A DNA stretch of 64,000 nucleotides from an uncultured Bacteroidota bacterium (GCA_963766305.1 CAVYAE010000071.1:19054-83053), one strand, 5' to 3'; positions 20,701-30,617 are shown, numbered from the stretch's first letter. Notes: generated by a model from the sequence alone, not told the origin. Numbers and translations: made by a program.

Positions 20701-21179
20701 TGGGTTTTATACTTACCCGCATGCCGGTTTCAATAATTATGACGGGTATGGGTATAGTTGCCCTGGCTGGTATTGTTGTGAGAAATGGAATATTGCTGGT
20801 TGAATTTACTGATATTCTTTTAGCACGAGGTCTGAAGACCAGGGATGCAATTATACAGGCGGGTAAAACTCGTATAACCCCTGTTTTACTTACTGCCACA
20901 GCAACAATACTGGGACTTATACCTCTCGCTATAGGATTGAATATCGATTTCCAGGGATTATTCAGGAACTTCCATCCGCATATTTATTTTGGAGGTGATA
21001 GTGTAAGGTTCTTTGGCCCGTTGTCGTGGACAATTATTTTCGGACTTTCTTTTGCAACATTCCTTACATTAATATTTATACCGGTAATGTATTTTATTAT
21101 GCATGCTTTTACTCTTAAAGTTAAAAAGACAACACAATCATTCAGGACTCCCACCGGAGAACTTGAAGATCTGGCATAA
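17784..21179 (+). CDS. efflux RND transporter permease (AcrB/HAE family)
   Basis: 1131 aa, duplicated 6-TM plus large-loop architecture, conserved GIVVDDAIVVIEN and GIVVRNGILLVEF blocks. Confidence 0.9.
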   Translation: MAENKFKEFKPTSWSIENRISIFVLAFIIAVFGIISYISIPKEQFPEIIIPTVLVNTIYPGTSPADIENLITRPLEKNLKGINGVKDIKSTSIQDVSSIVVEFHTGIKIEYAKQLVKDAVDKSKPDLPSDRKNDPDVKEIAFSDIPIMYINLSGKYGLDRLKKFADLMQDRIEGLKEITRVEISGALDREIQINVDMYKLQAANLTFNDIINQISKENITISGGNIKQEGMSRSVRIVGEFKDMETIRNIVLSTSKGARIYLKDVAEVKDTYADRETYARLDGENVITLNVIKKSGENLLVASDKIKDIIADMQKNNFPSDLKVVISADTSKFTRSTLFDLNNTIIIGFILVTLVLMFFMGLTNAFFVGLSVPLSMGLAYIVMPSIDFTMNMLVMFSFIFALGIVVDDAIVVIENTHRIFKRSKMDIVTAAKFAAGEVFQPILSGTLTTLAPFFPLCFWPGVVGKFMFFIPITLIITLFASLIVAYIINPVFAVTFMKPDEEEVQTMSQKRIFTTASLIAAFGVILHIARLPALANFVLFIAVSFIAHNLFGYKVLLHFQHFIIPKILNRYEQFISWILQKRRPYHLLYSLIALLVLSIFFMGAFPPKVVFFPDNEPTQIFTLIKMPVGTDVSTTDSVCRIVEKRIFKVVGKNNPIVESIISNVASNASESQFDFGSTTSNKAKVTVNFVETSKRNGQSTSKYLEDIRNAVKDIPGAEITVTKPQGGPPTGKPINIELISDDFPTLMNTAQRFILYLDSINIPGIEELKSDFDKNKPEVIIGIDRVRANREGISTGQIGTEIRTAIYGTEASKYREGEDQYPIQVRYKYDQRTNIDELLNTKITFLDMNSGTIRQVPLSSVAKVTYLNSYSGINRKNSKRIITVSSNVITGANANEIISQIKKALPSFQKPDLVDIKITGEQEDQQESSSFLGIAMILSICLILFILITQFNSIWKPMIILTEVIFSVVGVMLGFILTRMPVSIIMTGMGIVALAGIVVRNGILLVEFTDILLARGLKTRDAIIQAGKTRITPVLLTATATILGLIPLAIGLNIDFQGLFRNFHPHIYFGGDSVRFFGPLSWTIIFGLSFATFLTLIFIPVMYFIMHAFTLKVKKTTQSFRTPTGELEDLA

Positions 21180-21254
21180 ATAATTACTGACTATTTATGA
21201 CGAGTGACTGTTAATAAATATCTTATAATAAATTTTAAGGTTCGGAATTTCAAA

Positions 21255-21287
21255 AAAGCCCTTTGTAACTAAAACAAAGGGCTTTTT
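21255..21287 (+). terminator. rho-independent terminator after efflux operon
   Basis: aaagccctttg / caaagggcttt stem with 9-nt loop followed by a T run. Confidence 0.6.
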
Positions 21288-21427
21288 AATTGTACCTATT
21301 CCAATTAATTTTACATATTTTTGCAATCTGGTACCCGAAAAGAATAAAGCTGAAATAATTATATATAAAGAAGAGCACTTAATATATGCGAGATAAAGAA
21401 TTAATAAAATTATTACAATAAAAAATT

Positions 21428-22708
21428 ATGGACAATCTTCAAGGTAATTTTGCATATATACATAATATCTGGACTCACGATATAAAGTTTTTTGGCAAAA
21501 CAAACCCTCTCGATTTAATTCAAAAATACGGTTCCCCTCTGTATGTGTACAATGAAAATATCCTCCGGCAACGTTGCCGTGAGCTAAAAAAGCTTGTTTC
21601 ATATCCGCACTTTAAGGTAAATTATTCAGCTAAGGCAAATACAAATTTCACTATTCTTAAAATAGTGCATGAAGAGGGTTTATTGGTCGATGCCATGTCC
21701 CCCGGTGAAATATTCCTTGAATTAAAAGCAGGCTTTAGTTCTCAGGATATCCTTTACATATCCAATAATGTTTCTGACGAAGAAATGATGTATGCTGTAA
21801 ATGCCGGTGTACTTATAAGCATCGACTCCCTATCGCAGCTCGAAAGGTATGGAAGGCTGAATAAAGGCGGCAAGGTTGCAATCCGAGTTAATCCCGGTGT
21901 GGGCGCCGGTCATCATGAAAAAGTAATCACAGGTGGTAAAAACACAAAGTTCGGTGTCGATCCCGCTTTTATAGGCCAGATAAAGGAAATTCTGAAACGT
22001 TACAATTTACATCTGGCAGGCCTTAATCAGCATATAGGTTCACTTTTTATGACTCCTGAAGCTTATTTCGAAGCTGCCTCATTTATGCTATCCTTTGCTT
22101 GTAATTTCCCTGAAATAGAATTTGTAGATATTGGCGGTGGTTTCGGTATCCCTTATCATAAAGAAGCAGGTGAAGCCCGTCTCGACTTGGAAAACCTTGG
22201 GAAAGGTCTTGATGAGGTAATTGAAAATGGGATTAAAAATATTGGACGCGAAATTACTGTAAAAATTGAACCGGGAAGATACACTGTTGCTGAAAGTGGG
22301 GTTTTACTCGGTAATGTGCATTCAGTAAAAGTAAATTCTTCAAAAAAGTATATAGGTACCGATATAGGCTTCAATGTACTTTTACGTCCTGCCTTATACG
22401 ATGCCTATCACGACATTGAGATATACAGCTCCCTGGCCCGCGAATCTTCTGAAAAGGAAAAAGTTTCTGTTGTCGGAAATATATGTGAAACGGGAGATAT
22501 TATCTGCAAGGACAGAAATCTTCCTGTAATATTGGAAGGCGATGTACTTGGTATACTCGATGCCGGTGCCTATGGTATGGTTATGACCTCCAATTATAAC
22601 TGCCGCCTGCGACCTGCTGAAGTTCTTATAACAGAAAATGGTGAGGATATATTAATCCGGAAAAGAGACGAAATCAACGACTTAATAAGGAATTTCCCCG
22701 ATTTATAG
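21428..22708 (+). CDS. lysA: diaminopimelate decarboxylase
   Basis: PLP-decarboxylase fold-type III motifs YSAKAN, GGGFGIPY, CETGD, AGAYG. Confidence 0.85.
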   Translation: MDNLQGNFAYIHNIWTHDIKFFGKTNPLDLIQKYGSPLYVYNENILRQRCRELKKLVSYPHFKVNYSAKANTNFTILKIVHEEGLLVDAMSPGEIFLELKAGFSSQDILYISNNVSDEEMMYAVNAGVLISIDSLSQLERYGRLNKGGKVAIRVNPGVGAGHHEKVITGGKNTKFGVDPAFIGQIKEILKRYNLHLAGLNQHIGSLFMTPEAYFEAASFMLSFACNFPEIEFVDIGGGFGIPYHKEAGEARLDLENLGKGLDEVIENGIKNIGREITVKIEPGRYTVAESGVLLGNVHSVKVNSSKKYIGTDIGFNVLLRPALYDAYHDIEIYSSLARESSEKEKVSVVGNICETGDIICKDRNLPVILEGDVLGILDAGAYGMVMTSNYNCRLRPAEVLITENGEDILIRKRDEINDLIRNFPDL

Positions 22709-22714
22709 AAATTA

Positions 22715-23287
22715 TTAATTATTTCCTTTTATTCTACCTCCACCTATTTCAAATCCTATTTGAATTCCAACTATATCGCTAATTCCCTTACCGGTATAAT
22801 TATATATAGCTGCCAGTCTGAAATGTCCGGCATTTAAACCTATCCTGGGAGCAAATCCAAAGTTTGTCGTAGTTGTGTTAGAGCCTATCATCAAATTACT
22901 TGTGCTTGCAGAAATGCCGTTTAAAATTAATTTATACATTCCAATACCTGCTCCAATAAATGGTCTTACATTTGCTAATGAAAAATAATAATCCCCGGTT
23001 AATAAAATAGGAACTAAAAATTCTGCTCCTATTTTTGTAGAATTCCAGTTAACAGATACTCCTGAATTAACCAGTATATCTTCAAGTCGAATACCAAGAG
23101 TAAGTCTGCTGTTGACACCATAACGTGGCTCTACATATATACCTGCTGCCAGACTACTGTTATCTGTAGGAAAACCAAAACTGAAACCAACATCAACTTT
23201 AAATGGTTTAAAAATTGTATCCTGGGAAAATAAAACTGGATTTAAACATAGTAATAATATAATAATGTTTACAAATAACTTTTTCAT
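22715..23287 (-). CDS. outer-membrane beta-barrel family protein (hypothetical)
   Basis: Signal peptide plus alternating Gly/aromatic beta-strand pattern. Confidence 0.45.
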   Translation of the reverse strand: MKKLFVNIIILLLCLNPVLFSQDTIFKPFKVDVGFSFGFPTDNSSLAAGIYVEPRYGVNSRLTLGIRLEDILVNSGVSVNWNSTKIGAEFLVPILLTGDYYFSLANVRPFIGAGIGMYKLILNGISASTSNLMIGSNTTTTNFGFAPRIGLNAGHFRLAAIYNYTGKGISDIVGIQIGFEIGGGRIKGNN

Positions 23288-23530
23288 ACTAGTTTAGATT
23301 TTAAATTGTTGATTATTTAGTACTTTAGTTCTTAAAATATAGTCTAAATATAATAAATTTAGTAAAAGGTGTAATCTTGAAAAAACAAAAAAATATTTTA
23401 CTACTGATTGTAATAATAATCCTTATTATAGTATTTGTTACAAAAAGGTGTCAAAGTAGCTATAAATACAGAAGCTATATATTAAAAAATGGCAATTATT
23501 CAGTAGCACTTAACCTTAAATTTCTTTACA

Positions 23531-23860
23531 ATGACTTTAGCAAAAACATTACTTATATTCATCCTGGCCGGATTATGTGAGATTGGAGGCGGCTATCTTG
23601 TATGGATATGGCTAAAGTCAGGGAAGCCAATCCTCTATGGGTTGACAGGCATGATAATCCTGGCAGTTTATGGTGTTGTAGCAACCCTGCAACCGGCAAA
23701 TTTCGGGAGGGTATATGCAGCTTATGGAGGTATATTTGTAGTAATGTCTTTACTATGGTCATGGAAAATAGACAATTTAGCTCCCGATAAATACGATATT
23801 ATCGGAGCTGCAGTTGTCCTGGCCGGAGCCTGGATTATTTTTTATGCTCCCCGCAAATAA
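23531..23860 (+). CDS. ynfA: YnfA-family (UPF0060) small membrane protein
   Basis: LAGLCEIGGGYLVWIWLK and four-helix 109-aa layout. Confidence 0.75.
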   Translation: MTLAKTLLIFILAGLCEIGGGYLVWIWLKSGKPILYGLTGMIILAVYGVVATLQPANFGRVYAAYGGIFVVMSLLWSWKIDNLAPDKYDIIGAAVVLAGAWIIFYAPRK

Positions 23861-23862
23861 GC

Positions 23863-24303
23863 TTATTTCTCATCATAGGTTCCTGTTCCATATGGACCTA
23901 CAACCATAACTTTATTCGTATCCGGCATATGAACTATTTCCGGTATATTGATAGCATCAAAATCAATATAAACCAGTTTTTCTGTTTCCGAGCCGTTACG
24001 TATAACATGAGCCCCGTCAGGACCTGTCGGAAATGTAATTATATCCCCTGCATTTAAGGTAATATCGCCTTTGGAGGTTCGTACTATACCTACGCCACTT
24101 ATAATGTAAAATACTTCTTCATTCATCTCATGATAATGATAGCTGAACGCCTTGTTGCCCGGTTCCACCTCAACAAAATTAACCCGGCACTTCGTTGATT
24201 CAGCCCTGGGTATTACCTCTTTTATAGTAAATTCATTTCCTTCTCCCCTGTTTAATTTTTGACCTTCAATAGTATTGAGGTTTTTAACGGTTAATTCTTT
24301 CAT
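23863..24303 (-). CDS. cupin-domain protein
   Basis: HYHEMNEEVFYIISGVG ... GDIITFPTG cupin motifs 1 and 2. Confidence 0.65.
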   Translation of the reverse strand: MKELTVKNLNTIEGQKLNRGEGNEFTIKEVIPRAESTKCRVNFVEVEPGNKAFSYHYHEMNEEVFYIISGVGIVRTSKGDITLNAGDIITFPTGPDGAHVIRNGSETEKLVYIDFDAINIPEIVHMPDTNKVMVVGPYGTGTYDEK

Positions 24304-24378
24304 AATTAGTCCTCCTTAGTTTTTTAACTTAGTAAATATTAATGACTTCATAATAGTTTATATTTTATTGTAACTAAG

Positions 24379-25290
24379 TCAATATAAACCTTCGACAGAT
24401 AAATACCGTTCTCCGGAATCATAATTAAAAGTAAGCACCTTTGAACTGTGAGGAATTTCAGGTAGTTTTTTAGCTACCGCAGCTAAAGAAGCGCCGGTAG
24501 AAATTCCTACAAAAAGCCCTTCTTCCCTGGCTATCCTTTGTGCATAGCTAAATGCTTCATCTTTGGATACAGATATTACACCATCCAAAACATTTTCTAA
24601 CAGGTTTTTAGGAATAAAATTTGGAGCAATACCCTGGATGGGATGAGGACCAAATTGTCTTTTACTGATAAAAGGTGCTGCCTCTGGTTCCACTGCAAAT
24701 ACTTTCAGATTTGGGAAACGGGATTTGAGAACTTCTCCTACTCCCGAGATGTGACCTCCTGTACCAACCCCAGTTATGAGATAATCAAATCCATCCGGAA
24801 AGTCATTTATTATCTCTCGTGCTGTGGTTGTTCGATGAATCTCAATATTAGAAGGATTATCAAACTGGGATGGAATCCATGAATGTGGAATTGATTTTGC
24901 TAATTCCTGAGCCTTTTCAACGGCACCATTCATTCCTTTTTCACGAGGAGTGAGCTCAAATTCAGCGCCATAGGCAGCCATAAGTTTTCTCCTTTCTACA
25001 CTGAACGATTCCGGCATAACCAGGATAAGTTTATAACCTTTTACGGCAGCTGTCAGTGCGAGTGCAATTCCTGTATTTCCGGATGTTGGTTCGATAATAA
25101 CCGAATCTTTTGTAAGTAGCCCTTTAGCTTCAGCATCTTCAATCATAGCCAGACCAATCCTGTCTTTGATACTATTCCCCGGATTTTGTCTTTCCAGTTT
25201 TATCCAAACTTCATATTCAGATGGATATAACCGGTTAATCCTCAGATGAGGGGTATTTCCTATACTTTGTAAAATACTGTTAAATTTCAT
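24379..25290 (-). CDS. cysK: cysteine synthase A (O-acetylserine sulfhydrylase)
   Basis: [12 protein letters not shown]-lysine motif, [20 protein letters not shown]. Confidence 0.9.
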   Translation of the reverse strand: MKFNSILQSIGNTPHLRINRLYPSEYEVWIKLERQNPGNSIKDRIGLAMIEDAEAKGLLTKDSVIIEPTSGNTGIALALTAAVKGYKLILVMPESFSVERRKLMAAYGAEFELTPREKGMNGAVEKAQELAKSIPHSWIPSQFDNPSNIEIHRTTTAREIINDFPDGFDYLITGVGTGGHISGVGEVLKSRFPNLKVFAVEPEAAPFISKRQFGPHPIQGIAPNFIPKNLLENVLDGVISVSKDEAFSYAQRIAREEGLFVGISTGASLAAVAKKLPEIPHSSKVLTFNYDSGERYLSVEGLY

Positions 25291-25459
25291 AATTAATAGA
25301 ATTTATAATTTAATATATTAGAATATCATCTGTTAACTGAATTAAATGATATACTAAACAATTTTTTAGTTTATAAGTTTCGATTATATAAATTTCTATT
25401 TATGAAATTTCGATAAATTTTGTATTTATAATCCTGCTGATCCTTGTTACTTTATTTAA

Positions 25460-25858
25460 TTATGCAATAACTTTCCCGGCAGTAGGACCAGGTTTTAATG
25501 AATGTATCTCTGTAATTTCTACTACTACTACTCCATGAGGTTTTGGCATTCCCATTTTTACAGCCATGGCTGCCGACTGTTCATAAAGTACTCCGCTTTC
25601 GTGTAAAACCGGATTTCCAACAAACCTATACCCATCCAATATATCCCTGTTTACTACAGAAATAGAAATCTTTGAGCCTCTTTTAATGTTGGCATAAGTT
25701 GCACCTCCGGTACCCTCGGAGAAAATTAGTGAATTGTCTGATAATACTCTTGTTGATCTTTTTGGAGCCACATTGGGAGTTCCGTCAGCATTTACAGTAC
25801 CAACAAAACATTGCTGTGTTGCTACCATATCCTTCATTTCCTGTGTTAGTACAGCCAT
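25460..25858 (-). CDS. pyridoxamine 5'-phosphate oxidase-family (split-barrel flavin-binding) protein
   Basis: 132 aa; GTVNADGTPNVAPK and overall layout typical of PNPOx-like proteins. Confidence 0.6.
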   Translation of the reverse strand: MAVLTQEMKDMVATQQCFVGTVNADGTPNVAPKRSTRVLSDNSLIFSEGTGGATYANIKRGSKISISVVNRDILDGYRFVGNPVLHESGVLYEQSAAMAVKMGMPKPHGVVVVEITEIHSLKPGPTAGKVIA

Positions 25859-26143
25859 ATATTTAATATTTTAGATACATACAAATATAAAGATTTATAA
25901 ACCGGTTAATCTAAAAATGAATAAACAAATAACAATTTTCAATATTACCCGTCTTCAGGATTTTATTATATTTGCTTTAACGTCAAAGAAAATGAATAAG
26001 GTTATCCCCGATATAATTGATGATGTTATAATCTGGGGCATAATTTCCAAATAATTAACGTTATTGAATGTTCAAGTTGATGAATTACTGCAATAAAAGA
26101 CTACAATTCATTATTATACAAAAAAATACATTCATGTAATTAA

Positions 26144-26797
26144 ATGATTAAAAACATCGAAAATATACTATTTGATCTGGATGGTACTTTAACCGATTCA
26201 AAAAAAGGTATAATTAATTCGCTTTTATTTGCTTTAAATAAACTTCATATAGAAGAACCTTCAATTAACGAACTTGATAGTTTTATCGGACCTCCTCTCA
26301 GACAATCGTTTAAAAAAAGATATAATCTTTCGGACGATGTTACTGATAAAGCTGTTAATTATTACAGGGAATATTATTCTGAGAAGGGTATTTTTGAAAA
26401 TGAGCTATATGCAGGTATTGCTGAACTCATTAAAACATTGTATGACAAAAAGTTTAAATTGTTTGTAGCTACGTCCAAACCAACAAATTTTGCTGAAAAA
26501 GTTTTGATTTATTTCAATTTAAAAAATTATTTGACCGGTTTTCTTGGTACTGCAAGTGATAATGCCCAAATAGATAAAACTGAAATTATTTCGCGTTTGG
26601 TTTCCGGGTACTCTTTAAACCCAATAAATTCAGTCATGATCGGGGACAGAGAGCACGATATAATATCTGGTAAGAATAATAACATGAAGACAATTGCAGT
26701 TTCATACGGATATGGTACTTACAAAGAACTTTTGTTACAAAATCCCGATTTTATTGTCAGCACATGCGACGAACTTAAATTGTTATTAATGTATTAA
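26144..26797 (+). CDS. HAD-superfamily phosphatase (phosphoglycolate phosphatase-like)
   Basis: FDLDGTLTDS motif I, ATSK motif II region, GDREHDI motif IV. Confidence 0.7.
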   Translation: MIKNIENILFDLDGTLTDSKKGIINSLLFALNKLHIEEPSINELDSFIGPPLRQSFKKRYNLSDDVTDKAVNYYREYYSEKGIFENELYAGIAELIKTLYDKKFKLFVATSKPTNFAEKVLIYFNLKNYLTGFLGTASDNAQIDKTEIISRLVSGYSLNPINSVMIGDREHDIISGKNNNMKTIAVSYGYGTYKELLLQNPDFIVSTCDELKLLLMY

Positions 26798-26881
26798 TAT
26801 TATTGAGCGGCTTTAATATATTTATATTAAGGTATTTAACATATTTGCTGAATATATCCTTTAACCTGTTTTTCCTAAACT

Positions 26882-27107
26882 ATGGAGAAGTTTAAAGTAG
26901 AGTTTAAAATAATTGGGGTAAATCCGTTTGTATTTATACCTGATGAAGTTTTAAATAATATTTTTATTCAAGCTAATAAGGATAACTTGAAATCATAGAT
27001 ATATTTCTTTCTTAAGAACCGACGAAAGCATCGACAGAAATATTGTTAAAGCCATAAATTTTTTACTCGGACAATCCCGGTTTGTTGGCAGAGACAAGCC
27101 TAAATAA
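26882..27107 (+). pseudogene. DUF1905/YdeI-like gene remnant (N-terminal 38 codons plus out-of-frame C-terminal tail)
   Basis: MEKFKVEFKIIGVNPFVFIPDEVLNNIF...* then, in another frame, ...RTDESIDRNIVKAINFLLGQSRFVGRDKPK*; the middle of the gene is missing. Confidence 0.35.
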
Positions 27108-27120
27108 AACTCATAAATTA

Positions 27121-27446
27121 TATGACAAAACATGTGAAACCAGCTTTAATTCTGGTTGATATACAAAAAGGATTTGAAACAACAACTCGATAAATCCAAC
27201 ATAAAAAAACTCATTATAGTTGGTTTGACAACTGACCATTGCATATCTACTACAGCTCGAATGGCAGGGGACTATGGATATGACACATTTGTAGTTTCTG
27301 ACGCAACAGCAGCATTTGATAAAGAGGGATCGGACGGACAAAAATACTCCGCAGAAATAATACATAAAACAGCATTAGCTAGATTGCACAAAGAATTTGT
27401 GACGGTAATCAGAACGATAGAATTAATAACAAAAATAAATATTTAA
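27121..27446 (+). pseudogene. isochorismatase/cysteine-hydrolase family gene with internal deletion and frameshift
   Basis: MTKHVKPALILVDIQKGFE..* (N-terminal motif) then the other frame LIIVGLTTDHCISTTARMAGDYGYDTFVVSDATAAFD (C-terminal catalytic Cys region); the central part of the fold is absent. Confidence 0.55.
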
Positions 27447-27509
27447 TAAAGTAACATATCAAAACAGGGCAATAAACATTATGCCTGACAAAACATATAC
27501 AAACTACCT

Positions 27510-27920
27510 ATGAAGAGCATATTTACTGATAGTAATAAATTACCCGATAACAATGATTTGAAAGAGTCGTTGGGTGAAACATATGAATTATGGCAGTTGC
27601 TTAAAGATTATGTTATTTCGAAATATCCGAAGGGATTTGAGGAATGGAGTTGTTCAAAATACGGTTGGAGTTTTAGGATTAAAGATAAAAAGCGAGCGAT
27701 AATTTATTTTTTACCAAGAGACAGATTTTTTAAAGTAGCTTTTGTATTTGGACAAAAAGCAACTGATCTGATAATGCACAGTCAGATTACAAAATCAATT
27801 AAAACAGAGATTGAATCTGCTACAGTTTATGCCGAAGGTCGTGGGATTAGGATTGACATAACGAATGATAAGATCATTGGCGATATAAAAGAGCTAATAG
27901 ACATTAAATTAGCCAATTAA
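27510..27920 (+). CDS. DUF3788-like protein
   Basis: 136 aa; ...YGWSFRIKDKKRAIIYFLPRDRFFKVAFVFG... matches my recollection of DUF3788. Confidence 0.55.
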   Translation: MKSIFTDSNKLPDNNDLKESLGETYELWQLLKDYVISKYPKGFEEWSCSKYGWSFRIKDKKRAIIYFLPRDRFFKVAFVFGQKATDLIMHSQITKSIKTEIESATVYAEGRGIRIDITNDKIIGDIKELIDIKLAN

Positions 27921-28296
27921 TTTTTATATTGAAAACCTGTCTAACTTAATGGATGGTATTTTAGGTGATAAGTCAGAGCCTTTTCCATTTAAACATCCGG
28001 CAACTAATATTAAAAATGAGGATTTATCCTGGTGGTTTAAACTGGAAATGTGGCAAAGTGTTTATTCCGGAACCATTGACCCCCCATTCCTGAAGCATTG
28101 ACTCTCCCCTATAACCTATAAGAAGAGCGACACCCCGAAGGGCACCTGGCAAAGAAAAATGCAATGAACGTTAAAATATATTTCAAAGATATTTTATTTT
28201 CTTGTAATTATGAGATTAGCTTTTTATTCAATTTCTTATTAAGTATACAACAGCCTATATATTAAATTATTATGAATATTTAAGGCTAGGTTTAGA

Positions 28297-28662
28297 TTAT
28301 GTACTTACTTTGTTCAAATATAAATCAATTAAATAAAGTATTGAAAATGAAAGCAAGATTGAAATCGTAACAGGATTCAATAAATAACCAGAAATTATCT
28401 CAATCGAATGTATTACGTTGTTTATCTGTCCAAATTGAGCCCAGGAAATGATTACGTTTACTAACGAAAGTAGAATAAACAAAAAAACATATATAATCTG
28501 GGGAATTAAAAAAATTATATCACCTGAATTTGAATAGCTTATCTTAGTATCTTTTAATTCTGCAATTTTTTCAAGAGTATCACGTGTAAAATCGGGATTT
28601 GAAATATGCTTAAAATCAGAAGATACTATTTCTCTGATAAATTCTTTATCCTTTGTTTTCAT
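28297..28662 (-). CDS. membrane protein downstream of ECF sigma (putative anti-sigma)
   Basis: 4-nt ATGA overlap with the sigma gene; soluble N-terminus plus two or three TM helices. Confidence 0.4.
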   Translation of the reverse strand: MKTKDKEFIREIVSSDFKHISNPDFTRDTLEKIAELKDTKISYSNSGDIIFLIPQIIYVFLFILLSLVNVIISWAQFGQINNVIHSIEIISGYLLNPVTISILLSFSILYLIDLYLNKVST

Positions 28663-29210
28663 GTCAATTCCTTTAATTCCTTTTTTAATGAAACACTGAG
28701 TTCATTGTATAACTTCAACCTTGCTCTCTGTAGTAGAACCTTTAAATAATTTATTTTCTTATCAACAATTTTAGAAATCTCTTTTAAGCTCAAATCCTCA
28801 TAATAATAAAGTGAAAGTACAGTGTAATCAAGTTCATTTAGCTTTGACAAAGCTTCACTTAATAAACGTTTTCGGTCATATGAATCAAGATTATTAACTG
28901 CACGCTCAATTTGATTATTTTCAAAAACGTCAGTTAAATTATCATCAATCTTGACAACTGTGTATTTCTTAGGCCTTACTGAAGAAATAGCCGTGTTACA
29001 AACAATCCTATAAAACCAAGTTGAAAACTGGCTTTCATTTTTGAATTTATTCAATCCCCTGAAAGCTTTAACAAAAGAGTCCTGAACTATCTCCTCAGAA
29101 TCTTGTTCGTTTTTAGTGATCTTAAGAGCTATATTAAAAGCTAGATCTTTGTATTTGTTAATTATTGCAGAATAATCCCAATCCTGATTGCTATTTTGGT
29201 TAACTGTCAT
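28659..29210 (-). CDS. RNA polymerase ECF-type sigma-70 factor
   Basis: EEIVQDSFVKAF, FSTWFYRIVCN (region 2), LSLKEISKIVDKKINYLKVLLQRARLKL (region 4 HTH). Confidence 0.8.
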   Translation of the reverse strand: MTVNQNSNQDWDYSAIINKYKDLAFNIALKITKNEQDSEEIVQDSFVKAFRGLNKFKNESQFSTWFYRIVCNTAISSVRPKKYTVVKIDDNLTDVFENNQIERAVNNLDSYDRKRLLSEALSKLNELDYTVLSLYYYEDLSLKEISKIVDKKINYLKVLLQRARLKLYNELSVSLKKELKELT

Positions 29211-29224
29211 ACACAATTAATCAA

Positions 29225-29563
29225 CTATGCAATTTTCGATTTATGGAAATATATAAGCAATAACCCACAACAAACCAGAACCATAGTTGGGTATGTAACA
29301 AAATTTGGTATGTCTAATGTTAAATTTAGTATATAACCAACCACAACACCAATTGCAACACCAATTAACATCAACCCGGTTTTAAAACTATTCTGCTCAT
29401 TTTTCTTTTGTTTTGGGTCAGCAAGTGCAGGATCCATTCCCTTTGCAATTAAAGCAAGTTTTTCTTTGTTTTCTAACTGTTTTGCTTTGTATTTAATGAA
29501 TAAAAAGAAAACCGCTAACCCCATTCCAAAAATTGGCACTAAATACATAATATTTCCGTTCAT
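29225..29563 (-). CDS. small membrane protein upstream of ECF sigma
   Basis: 112 aa, two or three hydrophobic helices separated by a Lys-rich linker; 8-nt gap to the TTG-start ORF of the sigma gene (14 nt to the preferred ATG at 29210). Confidence 0.4.
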   Translation of the reverse strand: MNGNIMYLVPIFGMGLAVFFLFIKYKAKQLENKEKLALIAKGMDPALADPKQKKNEQNSFKTGLMLIGVAIGVVVGYILNLTLDIPNFVTYPTMVLVCCGLLLIYFHKSKIA

Positions 29564-29827
29564 ATCTTAAAAATTTTAAAGTTTATTCATTAGACGCAAT
29601 AATTTATCAATCGGTATCATTTTGTAGCGAGTTTTTTTATTAAACCTAACATCCCCGATAAGTGCAACTAGTTAGGATGTTTCCAGCATCCGTGTCATGT
29701 ACTGTAATGTTAAATTGCAATAAGTTTATAAATAACTTGTTACAGTCTTAACGTGAATTTGGTAGAAAAGGCTATCGACACCCATATTAGGCAAAAGACA
29801 GTTTAAATAATTAATTTATTTCAAAAG

Positions 29828-30217
29828 CTATTGTATTGTCTTCTTCCTTAAAGATTCTCCTTTTAAATCAATTCTATGTGCTGTATGCACCAACCTGTCT
29901 AATATGGCATCAGCTATAGTGCTTTCACCAATAATTTCATGCCATTTATCTACTGGTAATTGTGAGTTGATCATGGTGGATTTTTCATGATGTCGATCCT
30001 CTATTATTTCCAAGAGCATCATCCGTGTGTTCTGATCCAGTGACTGCATACCAAAGTCATCAATGATTAAAAGGTCTTGTTTTTCGATTTGCTTTATTTC
30101 TTTGAAATATGATTCGTCAGCTTTTGACATCCTAAGCATGGTAAATAGCTTTTGGGCACTGAAATAGGCTACCCTTTACCCCAGAAGGCATGCCTGGTGT
30201 CCAATGGCTGTAGCGAC
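29828..30217 (-). mobile_element. istB: IS21-family istB (helper ATPase) remnant, N-terminally truncated and frameshifted
   Basis: LLIIDDFGMQ (Walker B), ...DRHHEKSTMINSQLPVDKWHE...ADAILDRLVHTAHRIDLKGESLRKK; upstream out-of-frame piece VATAIGHQACLLG; no istA present. Confidence 0.7.
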
Positions 30218-30539
30218 ATAAAAATAAATGTTATCTAAAGTTTTACCACTTACCGAAGGATTTATTAATGCTTTTACATCTTCAGTAAAATGTAAACTTA
30301 AATTTTCTTTAATTGCTGCTCTAATTGTAAATCCAAATTCAGTAGCAGTACCGCTGAATAATTTATTGTTCGTATTGTCAATGTAATTACCAATAGAAGG
30401 CCTTATTGCAAATGATAAATAAAAACCTTTATGTTCATGTTCCGGAGCAACAATAATGATAAAAAAGATTAGTTCAGATAATAAAAATATTAATTTTTTG
30501 CCTCCCTTGTCCTAACAAATTCCAAAACTTCTCACTCAT
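30218..30539 (-). pseudogene. 5' fragment of an outer-membrane beta-barrel-like gene, truncated by the IS21 remnant
   Basis: MSEKFWNLLGQG.. then (frame change in an A6 run) KKLIFLLSELIFFIIIVAPEHEHKGFYLSFAIRPSIG...; the reading frame runs straight into istB-derived sequence. Confidence 0.3.
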
Positions 30540-30617
30540 TTGTATTTTTAATAAGATAAAATGTGATATCACCCATTTACCTGTGTTTTTACTAATAATC
30601 AGGATAGTTTTTCTGTC

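Noticed and set aside
18092-20899. Several long minus-strand ORFs (18092..18550, 18596..19078, 19538..20167, 20480..20899) inside the RND permease gene
   Set aside because: They are antisense to a 1131-aa ORF with clear AcrB-family motifs. Their translations are low-complexity Ser/Ile/Leu-rich with no motifs, which is typical shadow-ORF behaviour.
21290-21427. Lysine riboswitch upstream of lysA
   Set aside because: The leader is only ~140 nt, extremely AT-rich and lacks the conserved L-box helices. TATTTTTG at 21316-21323 fits a Bacteroidota -7 box only.
23377-23580. 67-aa TTG-start ORF overlapping the start of ynfA
   Set aside because: Low-complexity Ile/Leu/Lys sequence that overlaps a well-supported gene; probably promoter or leader DNA.
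24643-24882. 79-aa plus-strand ORF inside cysK
   Set aside because: Antisense shadow ORF of a strongly supported gene.
27949-28140. 50-aa ORF (MDGILGDKSEPF...SGTIDPPFLKH*) and following GC-rich stretch, loosely similar at its ends (GGAACCAT...ACCTGG) to the element at 8990-9075
   Set aside because: The similarity is too short and patchy to call a repeat family or transposase remnant by eye. It is worth a BLASTN self-search but is not reportable as a feature.
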